A stretch of 64,000 nt of DNA from Fimbriosthenelais zetlandica (Eukaryota). Shown here piece after piece: positions 22,701 to 33,745 of the stretch (positions are counted from its first letter, which is position 1; each line of letters begins with the position of its first letter). Made by a program: the position numbers and the translations under genes. The notes beneath the pieces were generated by a model. The model ran no database searches. It was not told where the DNA came from and saw nothing but the letters and a program-made list of their open reading frames with translations. The DNA lies in the NCBI GenBank assembly GCA_977030845.1, contig OZ365117.1:5828001-5892000 (forward strand). Reading direction: 5' to 3'.

Positions 22701-25423
22701 GGTTCTATAGTACCCATTACCGAGTACCCACTACCCGGGTAACCCTAATACAATGCCGGGTGTGGGGGGTAGGTGAGGCAGAGTACTGTTTGGAAAAAAA
22801 ATCCTTGCACAAAATGGTTATAGAAAAAAATCCTTGCACAAAATGGTTATAGAAAAGTCCATGTCATTTTTTATTCCATGCAATCGGATTTTCAGATTTA
22901 TGTGGGAACCTAGTGTAGGGTACAATGTGGGGGCTGGGTGTGTGTGTGTGTCGGGGGCGGGGGGGCGGGGGGGGAGATATATGCATATTTAACTCACTGA
23001 TACACGGGCGGTACCTCAGTTCGGGTCAGCGTGGGAAAGTACGATAGTTGCCAACCAGGTGTTCACTTTCACCAGTCTTTAGTAAGTCTCTCACAAGAAG
23101 TCTCAGATATCACGATATAAGGGGCGCATATTACCAGCCTTAACTTATTAATACCACCTCTTGGCTGCTTGACAGCGAAAAAATGACTGGAAAAAATCCT
23201 GTCCTTTCTCCGCCTCCCATAAAGGTTTTGTTTTACTTAATTCTAGATTTAATTGGAGATATTCTAATATCAGTTTTCAGGCCCAATTCCAGCCCCAAAA
23301 TCTGACCCTTAAGCTGGGCCTCCATGTGTGCGACACTACTGCGAGGCTTGTGTCGCAATTAAATTAGACATTGTGGTTGTAGTGTCCAATGGCTTATGCC
23401 TTAAGCTTTAAGGCCGTCCTCCACTGGTACATTTTTCATTGCAACACCAGCATAATCTTTCTCACTGTGGTGTTGCAACCAACATTGCAGCAGTTCCGTC
23501 CCAACTTTAAGCTGAAGTCTTCTTTCCACCACTTGCTCTATCCACCCCCACCCCCCTAACCACCCCCCCCCCCCCCGACCCACACCTTAAAAAACCAAAT
23601 CAATGACCATACAAGCATCGCGACGCTTTGTCGACGAGCCAACTTTTCTTATAAACGCATTCATCGTACAGGCTTGACCGGCCGCCAACCTTTGCGGCGC
23701 ACACCTGGTCTCAGCGGGGAGGTATTGGACACCTGAGGACTGTTTAATTACGGTCATTGTAGCGGTCATCTCATGGTATACCGGCCTTGTGAACCGCTCC
23801 GAGCTGCTCCCAGCCTCTCATTAATAAAGGTCGGTAGAAGGTTAGCCCTCCATTACTCCCGGGACGAGTCGTGGTCAGTCCACGACCGGTCCATGTTAAA
23901 AGTAACGTCCAGCCAAATGAGGAGGCGGAACAAGGCAGTGATGACCGCACTACAATATACTGTATCGTCATGGCTCATGTGGGAAGGGTGAAACTTGAAT
24001 GTGGGAGGTTCAGGGTTCAATTCCCCAAGTATTTTCCGAATTGTCCATTAGTAGATGTTCAAAACAGTTGAAGTTCAAATCTGTTGACGCTCAAATCAGT
24101 TGGTTCAAATTAGTAGACGTTCAAATCATTTGTCGTTCAAATCAGTTGACGTTCAAATCAGCAATTGCATTATATGGTGTGCACAAAACAGAGTGTAAAA
24201 AAAATGAAAGATGATGATTTAATTGGGATTTATTGTGAATTTTTGCCGTCTTTTCACCAGGTACTCTCGGATGCCGAGCTACATACGTTTGCTGGGGTTT
24301 GGTGGGCTCTGTAAGCCCCCCGAGAAAATCTGTTATACTAAAGTCTCCATCAGGAAACTTTGATTATCATTTTTATTTAATAGAAGACGTTCAAACCAGT
24401 TGACGTTGAAATCAGTTGACGTTGAAATCAGTTGACGTTGAAATTAGTTGACGTTGAAATCAGTTGAAGTTCTAATCAGTTGACGTTCAAATCAGTTGAC
24501 GTTCAATTCAGCATTATATGGTGTCCAACAAACAGAGTGAAACAAAATGAAGCATGATGATTTTGGTATGATTTAATGTGAATTTTTGCCATCTTTTCAC
24601 CAGGTACTCTCGGATGCCGAGCTACATACGTTCGCCAATACCGTACGAGCGAACGACGAGCTCATTATCTCACTCTACCAACTGTTTGAAGATGAGGATG
24701 AGCCTCAGGAGGTATGTCAAGTATTTATTTTATCTCTTACTTCATCCTATGGCAAAAAAGTCCTGGTAACTTGGACTGCCGACTTATCAGTAAAATTGGC
24801 TGGAGAAAACGACAAATTAACGTGGGACACTACAGTGACAAAGGTGATACGAAAAGATTAAAACCAAATTTTATTTGAAGTGTGGTCCTCCACTGGTACA
24901 GTTCTCATTGTAACACCTGCATCACCAGCATAATCTTTCTCGCAGATTCATCTGACCTTTACTATTTTAAAATAGAATGTATTGGGATGCCGACTTTTGG
25001 ATAAGAAACCTTTTGGTTAGTACAGCACAGGTTTAAGAGTTAATGTGATTTTTCATGTATTTTTTATTACAGGTTTTGGACCCGGTCTGTCATCAGTTGT
25101 TTGACTTTTACCGCTCAGATCTGAAGGAGTTGAAGCGATTCACGCTGGAGTTCGTACCTACACTCACCATGGCCTACCTGACGGGCGTCGCCAACAACGA
25201 CAAGAAGGTACGAGTCTACTTCATACAATCACCGCTATCACTCTACTCTCTCTCTCACCTTCTTTTCTCAGCCCTCTCTCTCCTTCTCTCTCACCCACTC
25301 TCTCACCCCCCTATCTTCTCCCCCTCTCTTCTTTCCCTCTTATTTACTCTGTCTCCTCTTTTGTCTCGTCCTCTCTTTCCATCTCTACCTCTCCCTGCAT
25401 CCCTCCCTCCTCCATCTCTCTCT

Positions 25424-25466
<43 letters not shown>

Positions 25467-28400
25467 ACCCATCCTCTCTTTCTCCCCCATCTCCCTCTCT
25501 CCGTCGCCCCACCCATCCACCTTCTATCTACCTGGTTGCTTTCAGAAGTCGTCAGAACACTGATCACATACCTGTACACAGATCAAAGACATTACTGCCA
25601 TATATATAAAAACCTACCTCCTGATCCCCCCCTACCCCCCGCCCTCCCCTCACTCCCCCCCACCCTCCCTATTCCTTCTACCAGCCCCACCCTACTCCTC
25701 CTCACCAACTCTCTTCTCCACTCCCTTCCCCTTCATTCCTCCCCCCCCCCCTCTCATGATCCTCTAGATCAAAGGACCATGAGAAGCGTACCTGGCTATA
25801 TTACCTTATACCAGAAAACTTTTACCTGCCTCGTTACCATGGAAACCGCCCTGGAGATGAGTGAATTCCCTTTACTAAACCCACACCCTCCTCCTCTCTT
25901 ATACTGTGCCATCTTTGGTTTTCAAAAATAATGTTCTCTTGCCATACATTTCCTGATCACTCAGTTTATATTTGTGACTCTTGCTGCTATCTGATATTCG
26001 CATTGATATATGATCCGCAATTAAATATGTCCATATTCTGTGTTGGTAAGATATTTACATCTTGAAACTTTTCCCTTGATCTACCAATAACCAATTGTCA
26101 AGAAATTTATGTGTTTATATATGTATAAGGTCAGAGATACTGAGGGAGTGGCGTTTGGGGGTAGTGGGGAGAGGGTGGTTTGGGGTGGGTTGGGGAGGGG
26201 AGGGGGTAGGTGGGTGTTGAGGGAAGCAGCATACAGACACAGGTATAAGATCCTTGGATGAAAAATCCTCCAAAGGTCATTCAAGGTGAGCTTCTAATTC
26301 AGCGCCAATGTCGGAAATGGTTTTGATCATAGTTTCCCCACAAGTAGTTTGTGATCACCGCCGACAGTTGATCATGGTTTGCGATAATATGAAGCCAGAA
26401 TGTCAGGGTTCGGGCGACACACTCGCCAAATCGCCAATGGCGACAGCCAGCCCAATTTGGCGACAGATTTTGTCACATGGCGAAAAATATTGGTAAACTT
26501 GGCATGTAATTTGATCCGACCTTTACACCTAGGTAATGTCAACGATTGGATACCATTAGAAATGGGGTTTCGGGTGGAGACGGATTGGAGAATCAGATTA
26601 GTGTGTTCCAGGCCTAACAGTAAAAGCTGGAAAGTAAATTCCTGACATGTTTGAACAAACAAAGTCATGTCTTTGAGGAGATGTTTGGTACCGTCTTCCT
26701 CGCCGTGGATGAAAACATGGAAGTCGCTCTTCCTTAACATGCGAAACAATGATCAACGTATATCTCGTTAACTTCTGATCTCCCACATGCTAACGTGCGC
26801 CACCGCCGTCTGCACGGTATTCTCAAACATACTCATCTCCCTCCCCCCCCCCCCCGCCCCCCCCCCCCCCCCAACACACACACTTATCAGGCAAGATGTG
26901 TTTAGCGTCACCACCACTTTGGCCGCACCACTCACAGTGGTGTAGTGGATCGAGTGTGTGGAAGGTCGCCGGTTCAAACCGCGGCCGGTTCATACCAAAA
27001 ACTGACTGACTGATTGAGGTATCATGTCATATATGCCTACGACATGATACATCAGTGAGGCAACACTATAAAAGAGCATTAAAATTCCTGAGAAATGTGA
27101 TATAATGTTAAGCTGGGCCACCATATAGGCGATTCTCCAAGCGATAGCTTCGTGAAACTATATTTCTAATCACACCCAATGCTTGTAATTTTAACAGTCC
27201 TTTACACCTAGCTAAGGCTAACCACTTACAAAATTACAAGCATTGGGTGTGACTACTAGAAATACTGTTTCGCGCTGATATCACTTGGAGAATCGCCTAT
27301 ATGGGGGCCCGGCTTTAGTGTGTATTATTAAGACCTAGCTACACTTGTCCCTCCGTGCCCTCTCTCACCCCACAACGTGCACTCTCCTCCACGGCCCACC
27401 TTTTGAAGTTAACACCTCCTGATGGCAATACCCATCAACTCAAGGTGTGGGGGGCCGGGGGGGGGGGGGGTATGGGTTGTTAAGTTCATCATCTCCTCCA
27501 CCACCACCACCACCACCCCTTACCTATCTACTACAAGGTCTTCCAATCAATACCTGTGGATTTTGTCAGCTAACATTGTGGGGTGTCTTCGGGGGTGCGT
27601 GCTGAGGTGATGAGGATGCTACCTGCAGTGTTATCTTTGCACGCCTGGGGTGCTACTGATGATGATTCCTGCCACCTATCATCAAAGTAGGGAACTAAAA
27701 ATCATGCTTGAGCGATAATAGATGAAATGACCCGTTAACACTTGGTCATGATGAAACGCGGTAAATTGGTGACATGTTGCCTTGGTGACATGTTCACTTG
27801 GTGACATGTTCACTTGGTGACATGTTGCCTTGGTGACATGTTTCCTTGGTGACATGTTCATCAAACATGATTTTTGTGCACTCTGATTGAGCTCCTTGCT
27901 TAGTCTGTCGTCATCTTAAGCCTCTACTCCACTTCTGTCACAATGAAAAGTGCACCAGTGAAGGACGGCCTTAAGGCCTTGGACACTTCCAGCACAATTT
28001 ATTAATTGTATTGCGACACAAACATCACCTTTGTCGCCGAGGGTTCGATGCTTGTTCCCGGAAAAGATACTCCCTCACCTCTCCTCTGTCCCTAGTGTTC
28101 ATCACATTGAACCACAGCTGATTAAAGTATATTATTAGATCATATTAATGGACCGGAAGATTAAAACACTGATGTTCTGATTACCCAATGTTTGGATTTG
28201 ACTGTCAAGTTCAGTAGCTAGGACAGACTTTATGACAGGTGTGACTTTTTCCATATTTTTTTTACAAACACTTTACTCTAAAGGTACCTGATAATCCTTA
28301 GAAACTCCGCGCTATTATTCTACAAGATTCAGTGAATAGCATACCCTGGACTTCCGGGAAGTTTCTGTGAACTATTTTAGTCTTTTTTGATTGCTTTACA

Positions 28401-31374
28401 TCGTTCCCACATCAGGAGCTCATGATTCCTTTTTGTCTAACTCCTCCAGGCCTCTAACAACTGTGGCCAGGTCAAACCAAAGATGCTACAAGTTACTTCC
28501 TCGCTTGGCACTCATGCTGGTATAAAAGGACAGAGCTAGGGCTGGTCGGCCTGGTATATGTATAATGAGACTGGGTGAGGTATCATGTCATGTCATGTGA
28601 CGTGATACCTCAGTGAGGCAGCACTATAAAAGAGCATAGGGCTCACTGTCCCATCCAGGCACCTTCAAGAAACACATAGGAAAATAGCCACCATTGTAGA
28701 AATTATTATGTAGATACAATGTTACCCATTGACATGACACAGCTACCAATTTTACCCGTGCACAGCTCACCCATTCCATGTCACCCCTTTTCCACCAGCA
28801 CTGCTTTACCCCAATTAGTGGTATGCTTCCATCCCATCCCTGCCATCCTTCCATCCCATCCCATCCCTCTCCTCCCCACCCGCCCATCCCTCTCCTCCCC
28901 TCACGCCCACTGTCCTGCGTTACCAATAATCCGATCAGGGATCATCTAGGATATGGGTCACACCGAATCCCTAACCACTAACCAAATCCCCCACAAAGCC
29001 CCACGTGATACGCTACTTGACCTAATTACCAGATAATGACCTAATTTGGGAGGTGAGTGTGGGTGGGCCGGTACGGGGCCGGCTTTCCCTCAGATTGTTT
29101 TCCTTCATTCATCGCCTATCTGGTTATTACCAATATTTTCATTACTATCTTCATTCACGCAAGATGCTTTACTTACGCCAAACATCTTGTATACATATTT
29201 GCCGGTGTATAAACCGCACCTGATTATATAAACCGCACCCCTGGCCGCTCAGCCCATATATAAACCGCTGTCTTGTATAGAAATCTATATAAAACAGTTT
29301 GGAAAGAGCAGACCATTCTCTGCCAACGGCTTATTTCCTTCTCATCCCTCCATCTCTACCAGGCTTCAACTAGTATTTTTAGAAAATCTTTCTGGAAAAT
29401 TCCAAGTAGTTTGTATTCTGTTACTCCGAATACATCAGAGATCAAAGCGGGCTCTAACCTTGAACAGGACATTACCTGATAGAGACCAATGGCGGCCATC
29501 TTGTCTCCAGCACAGCAGTGCTCCTAGTGGAGGCTAGGAGAACTAGAGGTCGCCACCTTGACTCGTGCGGTGAGTTGGCAGCGTTCTCGTCGCCTAACGA
29601 TCAGTACGACATACGATCAAAGGTGAGGATCGATGTGGATGGATCTGCCGCGCGGGTTTAAAGCCGGGACTCCACTGCTGCGATTTTGCTTGCAACACTA
29701 CTGCGACAAAGGTGATGCTTATGAAGTTGTGTAAAATTTATAAATTGTGGTTCAAGTGTCTAAGGCCTTAATGCCGTCCTCCAATGGTAAATTTATCATT
29801 GAAACACAAGCATCACCTTTGTCGCAAACAAAATCGCAGCAGTAGAGTCCCGGCTTTAGACGCACGCGGGAAGCCTATGATAGCCTGGTAGTATGTCTGA
29901 TGATTGGATCCAGGTGTACCACTACCTTACCGCGCATGATTGACGTCAACCAGCCCCGCAGCACACCTGAGCTCACGGCCTTCAACGAGAGTGCATAGGT
30001 CACTCTCCTGTCAAGGAGGGAGGAAAAGAGCTTTTATCTCTTAAGTACTGTCTCCACTGGTCGTCCGCCGATTAAAAAAACAAGGAGGGATGCTTTTGGA
30101 CATTATAAAGCAGAAAGTCAAATGTGCACTCAGATAGAAAATGTTTTGGCTTGAAAGTAATCCAAACCATGGAAGAATAAAGGCAGGATTCATGTTCGAG
30201 GATAGCAATCCGTCCGCCGAATGTGTCCATCCTCTATGTGGAGACAGCACTTTAGCTATCTATAGGTAACCAAGTAGAATCCTTATAGAAAAACAGAGTA
30301 TTTGACTAAGATTTGCCCACCAATTTATATCTTCATTTGGTGGAGAGGAGCTTTCATCCCTCAAAATAGTTCTTTAAGACGTTTTTTTTAAAAAAAAAAA
30401 CAAGATGGCTTGAGCGCCTTCCAAGTGTTTTCGGTTTTGAGTTTGGCCCTGCTCCCGCTCTTTGGTACAAAATGGGATTACGGCAACAAGATTGCGCGCT
30501 CTCTCTCCCCGACCCCTACCCAGAAGGTGGTCTTAATTTTTCCTGTTTTTATTTCCACCATGAAATGAAAACGGTGTTTTTTCTTGATCCTTTGAAGTCA
30601 TCTTTGCTTGATTTTCAAATTGTCCCATCGAAATCTCCCAAGAGTCGATTAAATGGTTGATTCCAGATCAGATATCAAAGTGGGATATTAATATATTAAT
30701 TAGACTGAAGTTCTACATTATTAAGGTATTAATTCAGAATGGAAATGAACCATCTCAGTGGCATTAAGCTGCTAATACCCCCCCCCCCCCACCCCCACCC
30801 CCCACCCCCTTCTGAATTGCCTGGAGACTACCTGATCAAATGTCAATGTATGCGTGTATAGGTGGGGTAGAGTAGCATCTATTGTGGTACGTCATGCTGT
30901 AGGCTGTCCACCACTATAATGTCATCTATTATCTCTATTGTTCATCCATGTCATAATCGTCATACCTGGCAGGTGAGAACAGTTCACATATACAGGTGAT
31001 GGCTCTCATCATTACGTCATATACCCCGAGTCCACCAGGCCGGTTTCCTATTCAAATTTGTCATCCAAAAGCTGGACTCCACTTTTACGATTCTGCTTGC
31101 GGCACTACTGGCGATGCCTGTGTCAGAATGAAAAATGTACCAGTGGATGAAGGCCTTGGATGCTTGGTCCACATATTAATTTTATTGTGACACAAGCATC
31201 ACCCTTGTCATGACATCAGTATTGCGATAACGCTTTATTTGCACCTTCATAAGAACATTATGTAATGTTTTCTTCCACTTCCCATTCTTTGATTCGTTAC
31301 TTAATATATTCATGTTTTCACCCTTACAGCGCTGCGGTGGAATCGAGGCCTGCCTTTTAGGAATCTATAACTTG
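16748..31374 (+). CDS. HYCC1: Hyccin/FAM126 family protein, 5' part only; coding exons 16748-16819, 24604-24711, 25073-25207, 31330-31374
   Basis: The spliced product ...KVTREWLHEYK|VLSDAELHTFANTVRANDELIISLYQLFEDEDEPQE|VLDPVCHQLFDFYRSDLKELKRFTLEFVPTL...|RCGGIEACLLGIYNL matches the FAM126 N-terminus (EEWLSEFK...LLEPVCHQLFEFYRS...GCIEALLLGVYNL). All junctions are phase-0 GT-AG. The HYCC1/HYCC2 paralogue cannot be assigned. Confidence 0.92.
16882..17215. mobile_element. Non-autonomous DNA element with CAGGGTT...AACCCTG termini
   Basis: Short terminal inverted repeats. No clear 8-bp target-site duplication (TSD) seen. Confidence 0.5.
17291..17442. mobile_element. Tc1/mariner-type MITE (TA-CAGT...ACTG-TA)
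   Basis: TA flanks, imperfect terminal inverted repeats (TIRs) and a duplicated internal ttaatcagaggt. Confidence 0.55.
20750..21040 (+). mobile_element. tRNA-headed SINE with three 44-bp internal repeats
   Basis: B-box-like GGTTCAATTCC, body ccagtgctgctaactgggata, then units gtctgtggtgagatgcatgtaaaagg...ccatgtctcacact. Confidence 0.65.
24050..24632 (+). repeat. Local tandem duplication (~340-bp period) containing 17-bp ttgacgttcaaatcagt repeats and the hyccin acceptor
   Basis: 24050-24290 repeats at 24385-24632, including gcattatatggtg...aaacagagtg and gtgaatttttgcc.tcttttcaccaggtactctcggatgccgagctacatacgtt. Confidence 0.9.
25240..25760. repeat. (CT)n / pyrimidine-rich low-complexity tract
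   Basis: Direct inspection. Confidence 0.9.
26960..27085 (+). mobile_element. tRNA-derived SINE family A, partial
   Basis: B-box GGTTCAAACC and core gaggtatcatgtca...catgatac.tcagtgaggca.cactataaaagagcat shared with 28.5, 43.9 and 44.7 kb. Confidence 0.75.
27111..27314. mobile_element. Palindromic PIF/Harbinger (Tourist-like) MITE
   Basis: TTA|AGCTGGGCC...GGCCCGGCT|TTA, long imperfect inverted arms and a 3-bp TTA TSD. A partial copy lies at 53690-53770. Confidence 0.8.
27770..27862. repeat. 16-bp tandem repeat (ttggtgacatgttcac/gcc) x6
   Basis: Direct inspection. Confidence 0.85.
28500..28662 (+). mobile_element. SINE family A, partial
   Basis: tcgcttggcactc...ataatgagactgggtgaggtatcatg...gggctcactgtc. 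Confidence 0.8.
29662..29855. mobile_element. Palindromic MITE family B, full-length copy (PIF/Harbinger-like)
   Basis: TIR agccgggactccactgctgcgattttg / caaaatcgcagcagtagagtcccggct plus inner inverted gcgacaaaggtgatgctt / aagcatcacctttgtcgc. Confidence 0.85.
31068..31215. mobile_element. MITE family B, degenerate copy just upstream of hyccin exon 31330
   Basis: agctggactccact...tgcgattctgcttgc...ccagtggatgaaggcctt...gacacaagcatcacc. Confidence 0.7.
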
Positions 31375-31499
31375 GTAAGTTCTAAATATTTCCTCAGATC
31401 TTAAGAACTTCATTTCCAGATTATGATTGTTGTTTTACTAATCCAAATCCTTGCCCGTTAGCCCGTTAGGGCAACCAAATAGTCATTGCACCACACAAA

Positions 31500-31760
31500 A
31501 CACATATTATATAAAAATTAAAGTGTTTGTCAAAATGGATGAGACTGTTGGTCATATATAGATAAAGATTTGCTCATAAATGGGTAAAAATGTTGGTCAA
31601 AAATGGATGAAAATATTGGTCATAAAAAGATGCAAATGTTGCTCAAAAATGGATGAAAAATATTGGCCAAAAATGGATAAATATGTTGCTCAAAAATAGA
31701 AGAAATGTTGGTCAAAAATGGATGAAAATATTGGTCATGAATTGATGAAAATGGCTTCAA
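31500..31760. repeat. ~21-bp tandem repeat (gtcaaaaatggatgaaaatattg)
   Basis: About 10 degenerate units. Confidence 0.75.
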
Positions 31761-32159
31761 GAGTTAGTGAGAATTGTAGAGTTTGGCCGTAGACATTGAT
31801 GAAGTCTCAGAGAGTGCAGAAGGTTCTAGAAGGATGAGGACTGGAGTAGTAATTAGAGGGGACAACATTGATCCCTCTATAGGTGACATCAATGTGGGGG
31901 GAGGGGGGGGGGGGTGCCTGAGGGGGGGGGGATAATCCACCCTCACCTATCGACTATCTCCATGGCTTTGAGGGGCAATGAGTTGATCTATAGTCCAAAC
32001 TCACATATATAGCTCCAAGAATATTTCCATCAAGAGTTCATTAAAGGTTTGATGTATAATATTATGATGATAATATCTTAAGTTAAACTTCTACTTGGGG
32101 AGTATTTTTTGCTATATATGTTACCGCCATTCTTCACCTGGGAAATGACTCACTTTTTC

Positions 32160-33745
32160 CAGACAGAGAAAACTCAGGGAATTTTTTGAGAAAAACTGGA
32201 ATAATCAGGGAAAACTCAGGGAATTTCAACACTTACTCATATGACTATAACATCTCCTGGAATTTAAGGGCTTACTCAGGGAAAACTCAGGGGAATCTGT
32301 TTTCATGAACTGCTGAGAAACCTGTCTAAATTTGACGACAAAGTTCTAAAAGATGAAAGAAAATCCCGTCGTTTATTTGCTCGGTGCCGTGGTGATATTC
32401 TTAAACGGCGGAGATGAGCGGAGGTAGAGGTTGACTTTACGTGTTGTCAGGGTTATAAAGGTCTCGTTAAGACACATAAATCCACACAGCGCCACCATGG
32501 CGGTCACCATGGCAATACGCTCCCATTCCCAGCCTCCTCAGATGGCTGGGTTTTTTTTATTTTCCGGACCACACAGTCGCTTGATGTTAGAGGCAGCTCA
32601 TGAGAGCCCGTCTATACCATGGAAAGTGAATTTAAATTCCTCATTCAGTTGTTTGTTCATCTATTCAACTGATCTGGTAGTTTTCTTCTGGTACTTTCTT
32701 GAATATTGAAGTACTTATTCTATGTTCATGAAAAACCGAAACAAAATCAGGGAAAACTCAGGGAATTTGAACACTGAATCAGAAGGATGATCTTTCTGAG
32801 ATTGAAGCGTACAATCCCATGCCCGCCACTGATGTTCAGAGTGCTTCATATGACTAAAATATCTCCTGGAACTTAAGGGCTTACTCAGGGAAGAAATCAG
32901 GGAAAACTCAGTGAATTCTGTTTTCATGAACTGCTGGGAACCCTAATTATGTACAGCAAAACATCAATGAAGAAAGATGGAAATTAAGGGCTTACTCAGG
33001 GAAGAAATGGGGGAAAACTCAGGGAATTGTGTCTTCATGAACTGCTGGGAACCCTAATTATGTACAGCAAAACATCAATGGAGAAAGATGGAAATTAAGG
33101 GCTTACTCAGGAAAGAAATGGGGGAAAACTCAGTGAATTCTGTTATCATGAACTGCTGGGAACCCTGCCTGAGCTCCCGGCCTGCCACATTGTATCAGCT
33201 ATCTCTGTCCGTGCGCCTCTTCCGTACCTGATTGATGATGGCCTAGCATGACAGCCATGCATGCCAGACATGCCGGATGCATGCTCTGCCCCTGTCACGC
33301 ATGCCTCCACAGCCAAATGTCACCGGCGACTTTAGGTGGAAGCCTTCCCTGCCAGTTCCCTCCCCATTGTATATTGTTTCCTTGGCAGCATTATTACTCG
33401 CCAACCCCTTCCTTTTCCCCTGGAATAACTCCAAATTTTTAAATCCTTTCCTACAATTGATCGTTTACTTGCTTGTATTTAAGGTTTCCTTTTGATTTAA
33501 ATCAATGTTTTAAGGGGAATTTTTGATGTTGGAAAGGGATTTAATTGATATGGTGAGAGTGGAGACCTTCTCTTCTTCTCTGGCTTTGGTTAAAGGTTCC
33601 CAGTGACTCTGGAAATCGGGGAAAAACCCAGGGAATTTGAGGGAAAACTCAGGGTATTTCAAATTAACTCAGAAGGATAATCTTTCGGAGATTGACGCGT
33701 ACAATCCCATGCCCACCACTGAAGTTCGGAACCCTAATTCCTGTA
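32160..33745. mobile_element. Cluster of co-oriented fragments of a CAGGGTTCCCAG-ended element rich in cagggaaaactcagggaatt
   Basis: Fragments at about 32160-32326, 32720-32945, 32985-33055, 33100-33167 and 33610-33745. A more complete copy is at 46037-46305. Confidence 0.75.

Noticed and set aside
29895-29972. C/D-box snoRNA candidate (TGATGA...CTGA)
   Set aside because: The C box lacks the leading purine, and there is no terminal stem or D' box.
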